A stretch of DNA of 53,810 bases from Octopus bimaculoides. Lineage: Eukaryota. Position numbers and translations under genes: made by a program. Under the pieces are notes generated by a model that saw nothing but the letters and a program-made list of their open reading frames with translations, made no database searches and was not told where the DNA came from. The stretch is from the NCBI RefSeq assembly GCF_001194135.2, contig NC_068993.1, positions 543,375-597,184 of the forward strand, given 5' to 3'. This document shows, piece after piece, positions 23,715 through 35,869 of the stretch. The stretch's first letter is position 1, and every line of letters begins with the position of its first letter.

Positions 23715-26696
23715 TCTATGATGTCTGAAACTCCACAATATTCCCCCCAATCTTAAATGAAGAACCTAAACTCATCTCAACTTGCCACCATCAATCAAAC
23801 GTTCTAGTAACTTCCAAGTCCTGTTGACTCATGTCTTGATTATGGACATAAAAAACATATGCTATCTCCCACATGACCAGTCACATGGTCAACGTTATCA
23901 CATGACCAATCAGGAATCAACATATTAATTAACATTGAAGTAGAACCATGATTGGTCATGTGATAATGTTGATCAAGTGACTGGTCTTGGGGGTGGGGTC
24001 GTGTGAGTGGTCATGTAACTAACTACTGACAGCTGTTAATGATTGAATATCATTAACAATACGATTACATGACCAGCCACCCGACCACCTTCACAACCAA
24101 TTAAAATGCACTGAATATCTTTAAATATCCTAACCAACCAATGCAGTTCATTATTTCAGATTTCCTGATGATGAATGCATTTGACTTGCACAAAAAGCTT
24201 TTACTAAGCATGAAGATAGAGTCGTTTCCCAAAACACGAATATGAAGAGATACCTTGGGTATAGTGAGGGGTGATGTTGGGGTGGAATAAAATCACAATC
24301 AGGTGTTGAATCAAACAAAATGCGTGTGGCACACATGGCTTGGCTTTTTACTGCAACAAAATCGATTTCATATTCTGTTTATGGAAATATCTTTTTGGTA
24401 AAATACCTTGAAACACAACTAAAAGTGAAATGATATTACTAGAGTTTTATTCTACTTGAAGAATTCCTTCTGGATTGAAAGCTGGTTGACATAAGCTGAT
24501 AATATTTTCTTTAACGAAGCATTTTCATTGATTATTGAGCTGTTATTATTTTGTTAAGCTCAAAAACGTAATATTTTAAATTATGTTTAGACGTTTGTCT
24601 GAATGGATTACATTACACAGATTTGATGAACTCAAACTTTCTGAATGTTACAGGGATAAGTTTAAAACTTGTGTAAATGCTTTCTACTGCGATAAAACCC
24701 TTTAGCATTTAAACTGGCCTTATCCGGCCCAAATATTCTATTTGGTTTATGTTCAATCTGACCAGATTCCGTCCCTCACTCCTGCCTTACAATGACATTC
24801 TAAAAATCATTGAAATCACAGAGCTTTGAGATGATGTAGGATTAATTCAAAACAATGTAAATAAGGAAGCCTTACATTTCAAAGGGTAAGAGCTGAATGC
24901 TAAAGGGGTTAATAATGTAAAAAAAAAAAAAGAGTTTAAAACATTAAAATTTCTGTAAATGCTTTCAGCTGTAATAAACCTTAATATATAGTCCTGTAAT
25001 AAAACTTATTAGTCTTGTAATAATGAGATCCTGATAAAATAAACATTTTCTTTGTTATATAAGGAAAAGAGAATATGTTTCTAGTGAAATGATCGAACTA
25101 ATGTCATTTATTGAACCATCAACTAAAGTATATCAAACATAAACATCACTGAAAACTAATGCCAAGGTCTCTTCTGGATGTCATCTGAGACAAAAATCTA
25201 TCATTAAGCTAACTATATTTTATCATACTTGTAGACCCAATCAACTTATCTAGACATCATCGCTGTCTGTTTGACCTGAAAGTTAGACAGCTGATATGAT
25301 GTCTCATCCCCCCCTCCTCCTCCTCNNNNNNNNNNNNNNNNNNNNNNNNNNNNNNNNTCATCATCATCACCATCGTCATCATCATCATTTTACGTCTGTT
25401 TCATTTGTCTGAAATTCTTGTCTTCTGGCACACACCTCAGCAAACAAACTCCGGCTATCTTAGCTATTGTATGTGCCTTTTCTTTTTAGTGGGAGTTCAT
25501 GGTTTTTATGGTTGTATGTCCTTTCTATGACTAAACCTATTTATAACCAGGACGAGGTGCATTTTTATCATGCTACAAGCATTGGTTAGGTTGTCTCCAA
25601 CAAGACTAAACAATCTTAGTTGTATTGTATCGCTACATCAAAGCATGTCTGTAGCTACCATTTTATCCACAAAGAACAGATTTCCCAGAAAACATAAAAA
25701 TGAATTTTGTGAAATTAATTCTTAATGATTTGAAATTATCTCCCCTTTTCTTTAAGATTACCATTTACTTTACATTTTCTTTTTCTAACTGAAAGGGATA
25801 TAAACTTAACAGAAGTAATTTGTATTTTGTGTGTGTGTGTGTGTGTGTGTATTATCTATATCTTATGTGTATGTATATATGTATGTATGTATGTATATTA
25901 TAATTCTAGAAATTCCATATAACTTTAAGTTTCTTGAACTAACAAGTGTTTTATGTTGAAATTCTCAGCATAAAATATATTTTACATTTTACTAAATAAG
26001 CATCCAGTATTCTTTTCTCTTTGCAAGTAACAATATCTCTAATTCCTTACATCACTCAACGTTATTCACCTATTCTTGTAATTCTTCAATCATTACTCAA
26101 TAATCTCTAGAATTTTAAATATTCTGGCGAGAATATGAAATTGTGAATTGGCTGAAAAGGTGAAAGAGCAAATAATAATAATAATAATAACAAGAAGAAG
26201 AATGCAAAAGCAAAAACTTGCAGTGGAATGCAAAATACTCATGTGCATGGCAATTCATCATATTGCATCATTATGCATGATTGTGCAGCATTGTGCACCA
26301 TTTTGCATCATTATGCATACATAGTTTTGAACAGTTTTCAACATTCTTTCAAATATAATCATGTTACAAAGTAATATTTTTCAAATGTAAAACAACATTG
26401 ACATCATATGAACAGCAGTAATATAAGAATATAGCTTAATACTAGGCAAATGTAACGAAGATCATGTGGGAGTGGGGGAAGTAGAGAATAAGACAGAGGA
26501 GGAGGAGAAGAAAGAAGAGAAGGAGAAAAAGGAGAAGAAAGAGAAGGAAAAAGGAGAAGAAATACAATAATTCAATGGACAAAAAACAAGAAAAATACTA
26601 TTCTTTGTATTGAAGAACTAAGGTTGGTTGTAAATTGTTGCAATCTGAATTTTTAGACAATGGCTATATATATGTGTGTGTTTGTGTGTTTTATAA

Positions 26697-26728
<32 letters not shown>

Positions 26729-27222
26729 ATATATCAACATATAAACATGTATATATTTTTGTCCTGTAGGAAAGACAAAGGACTTGAAATATTGGTGCAA
26801 TTTTTGTGCTTATCTTCAGAATAAAATATATTGCACATTATAAAATGTATTGAGTTATTTCATGTAGAGCCAGTCTTCTCAATTTTTGGATTAACTCTAC
26901 TACACACACACACACATGCACTAGGATTGAACCTAGAGCTATGTAATTATGAATCAAGAATCTTAACCCTCACAGCCATGCTCCATTAACACATCAAATA
27001 CAGGCAGGAGTTAATGATGCAGCAGCCATCATATTAAACTCACACCCTGCAGTTGAAAGAACTCTACTTTATAGAAAGACCATTTTATTGGTTGTAAGCT
27101 TATTGTTTTGTTATAGAGAAATCATATTATTTACACAAGAACACCAATTGATATATGAATATTAATTAGTATCTGAATATTGATTAGCATATGAATATTA
27201 ATGAAGTGCTAATGATACTTAC

Positions 27223-27572
27223 TTTGCAAAACTTCTGTATTTGATATCACATGAATGCGTGACACCAGCCTCACATTCTTCTGCTCGGAGAGCAGCGTAG
27301 TACCAGTAGAGATGGTTCAATCCACAGGCAAAGGAGAAGAGTACGAGGAAATATACTGATATAAACTTGACAATATCTGCCACCATTCGACCAAGGGAGA
27401 TCTGTAGAGGTCCCAGGTGGGGATTTATTGTGAAAATATAGATTAATTTTAAGGAACTGAAAATATTGGCACCAGCAAACAAGGCTTCTGCAATAAGGTT
27501 TGGATCATAAGCATCCCAGTGTTTTCGTTCTTCATAAGCATAAGGGTTGTTTTCAGCTCTCTCATGGTACAC
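27223..27572 (-). CDS. TRPC: TRPC S4-S5 exon (WDAYDPNLIAEALF...HLGPLQISLGRMVADIVKF...SFAN)
   Basis: GPLQISLGRM motif. Acceptor catttcag at 27573-27575, donor AA|gtaagt at 27222, 350 nt, ends in phase 2. Confidence 0.96.
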
Positions 27573-28416
27573 CTGAAATGTACATTAAGGACAATATCAC
27601 ACACACGTGTATACATATATATATATATGTATATCAATTAATAGCAATGGAAGCAATATTGATACCAAAAAATAGTCTTTATATCCTACTTAAACATAGA
27701 TATCCCATTAGTTCCAGCATTAGTTGAATATTTATAAATAACTTGGAAATATTTCTTGAAAAAGTGAGAGAAAAACTGAAATATGAGAAGAGGACTGACT
27801 TGACAATAAAATCTTTGTTTCTTAAGTTACAGAAATAGAAAAATTTAGATGGGAGTGAAAATGGAGTCATTCCATGTTTGTGCTATATCTTTGCCTTTAC
27901 AGTCAGGCAAGAGATATACAAAACACTCCGTTGTAATCTCAATCTAAGATTCAAAGATGGAAAGATTGGGTTTTCTGTAAACCAGGCTGAGATTTCTGTG
28001 AGATAAATCACAGAGAGTGGAGAGGAATGGTTTGAGAAGGAGGCAAAATATAGGAAATGGAGGTTTTCTTCTTTTCTGAGAATAAAAACTTAATGAAATT
28101 CTGATAACTTAGTTTAAAAGTAAAAACTATGCGACATATTGACCACAAGTGGCTGATGAAAGTAATGGTGGTCTCTTTTGGCAACACTCTGGAAGTAATA
28201 TTTCCTGCAAATTTATTTCTGTGGTTGCAACAGAAATTTTCTTGGTTGCTAACCCTTTCGTTACCAAGATTTCTTAATATTTTGAACTTTTGGAAACAGA
28301 TGTATTTTTTCCATTTTATTTTTCTAACATGAATATGGAATAAAATTTGCAAATAAGATGAGGGTTTGTTTATGAAACAACAACAATAATAATAATAATA
28401 TGGAAAGCTTATTTAC

Positions 28417-28556
28417 TTCTATGAATGCAAGAAGTCGAAGTGTAAATGTTGCCATGTAGAGAGAATTGGTAACAAAATCCAAAATGTTCCACATGTCATG
28501 AATATATTCCAGAGCTCCCTGCATCCAGATCTGCTTGATCTCAGACCATATTAACC
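28417..28556 (-). CDS. TRPC: TRPC S2-S3 exon (GLIWSEIKQIWMQGALEYIHDMWNILDFVTNSLYMATFTLRLLAFIE)
   Basis: WSEIKQ and WNILDF motifs. Acceptor tactttcag at 28557-28559, donor gtaaat at 28416, phase 1 to 0. Confidence 0.95.
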
Positions 28557-29166
28557 CTGAAAGTATAAAATGATTAATTAATAACTAATGAAAGTAAATT
28601 ACATGGCAAAATGTTCTGTCTCTCTTAAAATGCTCCATTTTGATTCTTCCACACCATAAAACAATTTATTCTGTTTTTTTAACATTTTGTAAGGAGAACT
28701 AGTTTGTTCTGATGATTCTGCCATCCATCCACTGTCTTTGATGATCCTGTCCATTTTTTATCAGCACAGTCTATCAAAGACTACATGATCAAATGTGTCC
28801 TTCATATTTTTTTTTAATTATCAAACACTAGGATGTGATCTGAGATAGATTTGGCTAATATGTCTAGCAGAATGAGTGACTACATAGAAGCTGTCTGGTT
28901 GCCAGCTTCTCTGTAATTCATCAAAGTTTAAAAAAACTCCATCTTTTATTAAAGCAGTCTTGGAGAAAGTATAGAGTTACGTTGATATCACATGTCCTTA
29001 ATTACTGCATGGCAACAGACTCTATAGGTGTGTGTGAAATGAGATGTTGTCAGTGGGTCTGCAGGATCAGTTGAGCATCATACAAAATGGATTGCTGTAA
29101 TTTTACTTAAGAGCAGATGTATGGAATACCACAAGAGCAGCAATAGTAATATATATATATATATAT

Positions 29167-29202
<36 letters not shown>

Positions 29203-29599
29203 CAACATCATCATCATTATCATTATCATCATCCTCATCATCATTTAACATCCTGGGTATGACAATAAACTGCATCTAGTGGCAAGGCTCCAGTTAGGGA
29301 GTTCAGGAGCTGTGGGGGAATGTGGAGTTACCCCTTAGTTGTCATCACTCCCAGGTCTGCTCTGGCCCAGGATAGTAGTACTCGTTAGGGCCCCATTTTT
29401 CGGTTGAATAATTACCTTACTTGAGTGGCAACAGTAAAGTATTATTAGCCATTGAAAAGAACCATGGAGAGTGTACTTAACAACACCAGGGCTAGAGCCC
29501 CTAACTACACTGTCAAAGAACTTCCTGGTTGTTATGTCTCTGCTGGTTTAGAGCCACAGGCGGGGCCAGTGGATGATGGACCAGTTGTCGCTGAGACAA

Positions 29600-29735
29600 A
29601 TATAAAGAACATATTTTTGTCCTGCAGAAGAACCACAAAAACTGGCCCTCTAAATGTGAGGACTGTTCGAATACTGGAGAAGAGAGAGAGGAGCTGGGTC
29701 ATCTGTTTGAGGAGAGGGGTCAAACTCCAATGACT
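29600..29735 (+). mobile_element. Possible 5' relic of an APE-endonuclease LINE
   Basis: TTKTGPLNVRTVR resembles the G(T/S)LNVRTL N-terminal motif of LINE APE domains. Short and degenerate. Confidence 0.35.
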
Positions 29736-29775
29736 GTATTTATTAATGGAAGCAAAGAAATGTAAAATAATTTAC

Positions 29776-29910
29776 CAATAACATAACACAATATCATCAT
29801 TTCTACAATGGTGGCAGGTTTCCCTCTCAATTCTTTCTTCTTTGTTTCATCAAATGGAAACAGGAAAAATAAAGGGTTTTCTATTCTTTGTGAAACCATG
29901 ATGAGAAGAC
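29776..29910 (-). CDS. TRPC: TRPC S1-S2 exon (GLLIMVSQRIENPLFFLFPFDETKKKELRGKPATIVEMMILCYVIG)
   Basis: SQRIE and RG.P.T.VE motifs. Acceptor ccattccag at 29911-29913, donor gtaaat at 29775, 135 nt, phase 1-1. Absent from the ORF track. Confidence 0.92.
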
Positions 29911-30089
29911 CTGGAATGGTAAAACAAGGAGAATTATTTAATGGATGATCTCAATTTATTGTCAATTTAAGCTTTTTACCAATGCTAGAAGGATGAAAGG
30001 CAAAGTCGACCTTGGTGGAATTTGAAAATAATAATAATAATAATAATAATAATGACAGTACATGGAACAAATACAGGCTGCAAAGTACA

Positions 30090-30185
30090 TGGAACAAATA
30101 GGGGCTGCAATAAGGGTGGAACACTTGCAGAAAACAGCACTGCTTGGAACCACTCGAATACTCCAGAAGGTGCTCCAGAAATAAG
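30090..30185 (+). mobile_element. R4-clade LINE C-terminal fragment (second family)
   Basis: Encodes IRVEHLQKTALLGTTRILQKVL, following an (AAT)n run. Confidence 0.55.
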
Positions 30186-30289
30186 GGGTGTTACCTTAGT
30201 TCACTGGTAGTGAACAGCTGACACCGTAGCACATCTCCAGAGTTAGAAGCCGTGCAAAGGCAATAATAATAATAATAACTCTCTGAGTG

Positions 30290-30465
30290 GTTGGCTACAC
30301 TCTCTGAGTGGTTGGCGTTAGGAAGGGCATCCAGCTGTAGAAACTCTGCCAAATCGGACTGGAGCCTGGTGTTGCCATCCGGTTTCACCAGTCCTCAGTC
30401 AAATCGTCCAACCCATGCTAGCATGGAAAGCGGACGTTAAACGATGATGATGATGATGATGAATA
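30290..30465 (+). mobile_element. (GAT)n-tailed retroposon 3' end
   Basis: High identity to 2790-2950 and 53285-53410. Confidence 0.8.
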
Positions 30466-30599
30466 ATGATAGTGAAATAAAGATTAGAAATGCTTTCCCC
30501 TTTGTTGATACAGCATAACCAACTTAATGATTGTGTCAACTTCTCTTTTGATAATGAGTGAAGCTATTGCAATGGTGGAAATCCTTCTGTAACTTCAGT

Positions 30600-31265
30600 A
30601 GGTATCCCAGGGTCACAAGCATTTCATCGCTTAGCCCAAGTGGAGCAATGAGGACTGTCTTTTGTTAATTGTAACCACCTTGAATTAGATTTAGTTGCCA
30701 TGGCAATGTCCTTGGTGGCTTTCTTCAGTTGTTTTGGTCCTATACCAACCTTCTGCAGAAAATAGTTGACTGATCTTGCTGGGAAGCCATGGTTACCAAC
30801 TTTAATAGGGAATGTGGGTGCATGCCATCTTTTGACAAAATCCTTATTAATCAAGTCTTGATGTTTGGTTTTCTTCATTCGGTAAGAAATGTCAAGTCAG
30901 TTTTCTCAGGACATTGTGAGTTCAACCACAAAGATCATTTTGGTGCTTCTGGATAGAAGGAATTTCTCTGGTTGAGGCAAAATTGCTACAACCTCTTCCA
31001 CAGAGATATCATTCAGATCCAGTTGCATCTCCCAGTCCAGAAATCTGATGCAAAACAGAAAATAGATCCCTCCCATTTTAATAAAAGCCATAGCAGCCTG
31101 TATCCCCTTCCTTCTGGAACCTGATACCATTGGTTGGTGCATGTGGACCTTTACTCTCTGCAATTCCATCCACTTGACAATTTCTGTAAGGACTTTATCA
31201 TGTCTCCACTTGTATCAGAATTCTCCTTGTGCCCTGGGGAGTCTGGTCCAAATGTTGCAGCATTA
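30600..31265 (-). mobile_element. Degenerate RLE-type non-LTR retrotransposon (HERO-like) C-terminal fragment
   Basis: Broken frames give YKWRHDKVL, LLSRSTKMIFVVELTM, PIKVGNHGF and SRWL, matching the RHD-VL / PD..ELT / PVEVG.RGF / SRWLW motif order of this group. Confidence 0.7.
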
Positions 31266-31898
31266 TAATGATGATTATATTAACAACAACAACAGCAACA
31301 AAATACTTTCATCCCTTTAGGGGTCAACAAAGCAAAGCACGAGTCAACTGGCAGGGTTGATGCAACTGACCCCTTCTCCTAAAATTCCTGGCTTTGTGCC
31401 AAAAATTGAAACTATTATTATTATTATTATTATTATTTACAATTGCATATCTTATCAAATATGAAAATATTGTCAGCCTAATCCCTGATAATCTCAGACA
31501 AATAAAGTAGAGGAAATGACTTCAGTTATTAAAAACAGATTCTGTTACATTTCAAAAACACAATTTAGTTTATATTTAAACTCTTGGAGTTAGAGTTTCA
31601 CTGACACCATTATCAGATGAAATCATCAACCTAGAATTTGTAGGAATTTCATGTAAATTTAGGTATTCAGTGCTTGTCTAAGAATAACTTCATTAGGAAT
31701 TCAGTTGGAGAAAAGCATGAAATTAGTGCTGTTTCATCTCTTGGAGATGAAGAAGCAAACTGATATTAAAGAAGACTGGAATCATTTTTAAAAGATAAAT
31801 AAAGCATAGAAGTGTTCTTTAAAATTCTTCACAGCAATGTCTGAATTTCAGTAGCAAGAGAACTGTTTTGTGAGAATGTGTGTGTGTGTGTGTGTATT

Positions 31899-31946
<48 letters not shown>

Positions 31947-32411
31947 GTCTCTAACTAGCATTCAAAATAGTAATTTTTCTATTGTCTTGGCGTAACAGCC
32001 CTTACCGTTGTTTACACTGTTCTGTCTTGTTTTTACTGTCTTGTTCTCACTGTCCGGTTCTTGTTTACACTTTCACCCTCCACAAAAAATGCCAAATTTT
32101 ATTTAATTTGCTTTGCGAGAAGGACTGTTCCAACGAATTTGCATATTGTCCTTCCCTTCGAAACGTGGAGTAGATGGAACAGGGACAACTGAAGAAGGGA
32201 AATATTCTTTATGTTGCATGTCTCGTTTCTCTTTGTTTTTTTCGTTGTTCAAAAAAAAGTTCGTTTTCTGTTTTCATCTTTGTTTTCGTTTCTCATTTTG
32301 TTTAATGTTTTTGTGATGTCCTGTACCCATATATGAATGTATGTATACATATAGATGCAGGTATGTACATATATGTATGCATATATGCATATGTTTATAT
32401 ATTATTTATGT

Positions 32412-32444
<33 letters not shown>

Positions 32445-32465
32445 CTGTATATCTCTATATACTCA

Positions 32466-32503
<38 letters not shown>

Positions 32504-32791
32504 ACACAAACACATGCACATGCACACATACATACACTTATCAGTTCATCCCAAAACTAGTTTTATATAAAACTAGCCGCAGGAAGCTTTCAGAATGTTG
32601 ACAGATCATTATTTGTGTCTTCTGTCTCCCATTGCAAGGTGTAAGGAGGACAGCTGTACTCCTTCAAGATGTCTGTTGACAATCAAATAGTTTTAGTTTT
32701 GATTCTTCTATTTCTCTGTTTGAATTAAGATGTCAAAGGTGAGATTGATTAGTTTTAGATGCAAAATGGCAGAAATGAAAACATTACTTAC

Positions 32792-33026
32792 CTAAGAAAC
32801 TGATATAAGATGCAGCATGAAGTAAAAATTTGATAAAAGGCTTTCGACAGAGTTTACCAAATCTACTGTGAGGAGCAACCATGTAAATCATACTAAGAAC
32901 TGGGAACAGGAAGCAAATTGTTAAAGCAATTGTAAGTTGTTTAATGGCAGGCTTTCGTCGGAAGTTGCCTAAACCTTCGTACCATTTAGATGCTAGTAAC
33001 TGTTGACAATTTGGATGAGAAACAAA
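32792..33026 (-). CDS. TRPC: TRPC pre-S1 exon (FVSHPNCQQLLASKWYEG...PFIKFLLHAASYISFL)
   Basis: FV.HPNCQQLL..WY motif. Acceptor ttgtttcag at 33027-33029, donor gtaagt at 32791, phase 0 to 1. Confidence 0.96.
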
Positions 33027-33104
33027 CTGAAACAAATACAGGACATAATAATAATAATAATAATAACCACAACAACAACAATAACAACATGAGAGAGTTG
33101 AGGT

Positions 33105-33417
33105 CTGTATACACTGGAAGCTGTGCCAACACTATGGAATAACAACAGCAAGAAGATGATATAGACACACGCCAGAAAAGGTCACAGAAAACGAGAAAGC
33201 AGCCTTACTTTGGGATATGCAAATACACACAGATAGAGAGATGTTTTCTAATTGATATATCAATACCAACGGTCCAACCCATGCTAGCATGGAAAGCGGA
33301 TGTTAAACGATGACGATGATGATGATATATATATATATATATACAAAGAACTGGAAATAGAAGTAACTCGAATGTGGAGTCTAAAAACAGAAACAACTCC
33401 TATCATAGTAGGTGCAT
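33105..33417 (+). mobile_element. Internally deleted R4/Dong-like fragments interrupted by a retroposon tail
   Basis: Colinear with parts of 49135-49470 (IHWKLCQHYG; KELEIEVTRMWSLKTETTPIIVGA). Confidence 0.75.
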
Positions 33418-33689
33418 TCATCATCATCATCGTCATCATCATTTAACGTCCATTTTCCATGCTGGCAATAATAACAATAACAATAATATATCTAAAAATC
33501 ATAATTGTTAGCAAGAATTAGAAATTAATATAGTTTTTCTATTAAGCAGGAAGGACTTTATTCTTCTCTCTCCAAAAATTTGTGTTTTGTTTCAAAGTTC
33601 CAATAAGATAATTAATGTTGTAAGTAATAACTGTTTCAGACTTATTAGTTCTTTAAATGTCTGAAAGTTGATTGATTTCCTTCGTGATG

Positions 33690-34035
33690 CTCAGTTTGTT
33701 TATAGGAGTACTCCGTCGGTTACGACGTCGAGGGTCCCAGCTGATACGGTCAATGGAACAGCTCATGCGTGAAATTAATGTGCAAGTGGCTGAGCACTCC
33801 ACAGACCCGTGTACCCTTAACGTAGTTCTCAGGGAGATTCAATGTGACACAGAGTGTGACAAGGCCGGCCCTTTGAAATACAGGTACTATTCATTTTTGC
33901 CAGCAGAGTGGACTGGAGCAATATAAAATAAAGTGTCTTGCTCAAGAACACAATGTGTAACTTGGTCCAGGATTTGAAACCACAATCTTACAATCATAAG
34001 TGCAACACCCTAACCACTAAGCCATGCACCCTTAG
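33690..34035 (-). mobile_element. tRNA-derived SINE with a V/Meta-type central domain
   Basis: Minus-strand head tggcttagtggt (A box) and ggtttcaaatcc (B box), followed by gttcttgagcaagacacttt. Confidence 0.65.
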
Positions 34036-34269
34036 AAACAGATGTAGATGTGTAAAACATTTATATGTAGATGTATAAAATATATTTTTAGTTATATAAA
34101 ATATATGAACAAAGTATGAAAGGAAAGTGCCAATATGGCTGATACAGAAAAATATTCCAGGAAAATTATTCTGAAAAATTACATGTTTGATTATATGTTT
34201 AATTACATGTTTGATTACATGTTTGATAAAAACAATGTTGATGAAATAATGTAAGAAAATCAGCTTTAC

Positions 34270-34785
34270 CCTTTTTTGTTTGTATTTTATGGCAAGTTTC
34301 AATCGATTTAATTTCTTGTTTTCTTTACTTTGATCATCATCAGGTGATCGTGAATCATGATTCAAAATGACCTCGAGCTCTTTTGAGCCTCGAATTTCAT
34401 CCAATAGATCAACAGAAAACTGTTGACAGATTTTACCGAGTTCCTGATATTCAGTTTTAAATTCATTTTCGAGTTCACTGAGATTCCGAAGTTCCCAGCT
34501 TAACTCAAAGGCTGTAAGAATAGGATCTTTACTTGACAAAGCAATAAGGGAAGGACTTGCTAACGCTCGATATGCATTGATTCTGGCTCGTGAATGGCCT
34601 AAAACATCATCAGTACTTCCTTTGAGACAATCATCACAATGACAGGTGAGATCATGCGGTCGAGGTATCCTGTAACCACGATCAAGCAACATTTTAATGA
34701 TTTCGTAGTTATCAATATGACCTGCTAATATAATTGGTGTGATGTCCATAGTAAAGGTATTTGATTCAAATTCAGTTTGAAGATA
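34270..34785 (-). CDS. TRPC: TRPC ankyrin-4/TRP_2 exon ([10 protein letters not shown]...[11 protein letters not shown]...[17 protein letters not shown]...[12 protein letters not shown])
   Basis: Diagnostic TRPC motifs. Acceptor ctatttcag at 34786-34788, donor gtaaag at 34269, 516 nt, phase 0-0. Confidence 0.96.
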
Positions 34786-35006
34786 CTGAAATAGAAAATA
34801 AGAAATCAATTTGCATTTGGAAGAATTTCGAGTTTCTGTAAAAAAAATTTTTATTAATATTTCATAAATTAAAATTAATATTTTTAAAGATGTTTTCTGA
34901 AAGAATATGAACTTTAAGGGGACCCCCCCACACGCACATACACACACACACATTTACATGAATATGTGGAGTGAAGGAAAAAAGATAGGTAGATAGATAT
35001 TTATAT

Positions 35007-35062
<56 letters not shown>

Positions 35063-35176
35063 ATATATTTATAGTTCAAATTTACAGAAAACAAAAGACA
35101 AAGACAAGTGTAGTAGCAACAAGCAGGTGTATTAGTTTGATGCTCAACAACTCCATAACAATGTCTCAATACTCAC

Positions 35177-35497
35177 ATCTTCTCCATATTTCTGCAGTTG
35201 ATGAGTTAAAATCATTTCCACTGCTTCCACGTACTCTTCTCGGATGGCGTACAGCAGGGCATCCTCCAACTCCACGTCTGCAACAAGTAAAGCTTCAACC
35301 AGTTCACCATTTTCATTCTCAATAGCAATAACCAGGGCTGACCGCCCAAGGGAATCTTTGCAACTCTTATTTATATGGCGTTCTGTTGCTTCACTGAGAG
35401 CAAGTTTGGCACCGGCAACATCTCCCTTTTCCACGGCACTCAAGAACATTCGCTCTTCATTGTTCAGTTCTTTTTGTTTCTTTGGTCTCAAATCCAT
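35177..35497 (-). CDS. TRPC: TRPC first coding exon, ankyrin repeats (FLSAVEKGD...DSLGRSALVIAIENEN...DALLYAIREEYVEAVE)
   Basis: ATG in strong context (aacaaaATGg), donor gtgagt at 35176, in-frame TAA 6 nt upstream. The exon begins at an acceptor near 35584, so further 5' UTR exon(s) exist. Confidence 0.93.
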
Positions 35498-35503
35498 TTT
35501 GTT

Positions 35504-35566
35504 TTATTCTGTCCAAATTCTTTGATTCACGTAATCTTTAGGTTCAGCAGTGAGTCCATTGGACAT
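35504..35566 (-). promoter_or_regulatory. Upstream ORF MSNGLTAEPKDYVNQRIWTE*, in frame with the TRPC start; a second out-of-frame uORF at 35559-35527
   Basis: ATG at 35566, TAA at 35506-35504, then AACAAA, then the main ATG at 35497. Confidence 0.55.
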
Positions 35567-35869
35567 AACAAATATAAATTTCTGCTGGAAGAAATACAAA
35601 AGAAAAGAAAATATTATAAATGAGAAAAATTTTTATAAACATATATTGAAGCGTTGAGTTTGTATTTTAGAAGTGAAAGAAATCTCAAATGCAGGAGAAT
35701 AGCTTTGGAAACATCGTGAATAAAGATTGTAGATTCATATTGATTGAAAACACAAATAAGAAACTGTATTAATAATTAGACATTTAAGTTTTCATTATTA
35801 ATCAATTAATATCATATTAATAAATGAAATAATATATTCCTTTGTACCATGGCTGCAAGACCTGAAGTT

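Larger units (their letters stand above)
913..35584 (-). other. TRPC: TRPC-family (trp-gamma-like) cation channel gene, span from the acceptor of the first coding exon to the most distal candidate stop
   Basis: Exons join in phase into ankyrin repeats, TRP_2 zinc-binding motif ([11 protein letters not shown]), S1-S6, pore helix (LFEILQSLYW), TRP box (EWKFAR) and C-terminal coiled coil. All introns are GT-AG. Exact orthologue not determined. Confidence 0.95.

Noticed and set aside
30585-30630. GAAA...CTGAAG in the 3' UTR of the HERO-like relic as a ribozyme
   Set aside because: The core is incomplete (CTGAAGTT) and the stems are not supportable.
32146-32201. Permuted hammerhead-like motif (ttcccttcGAAACGT ... 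CTGAAGAagggaa)
   Set aside because: The base at the cleavage position is G and no helix I can form. At most it is a repeat relic.
33994-34953. 319-aa ORF as a stand-alone gene
   Set aside because: Only 34785-34270 is TRPC-like and bounded by splice sites. The flanks are low-complexity intron read-through.
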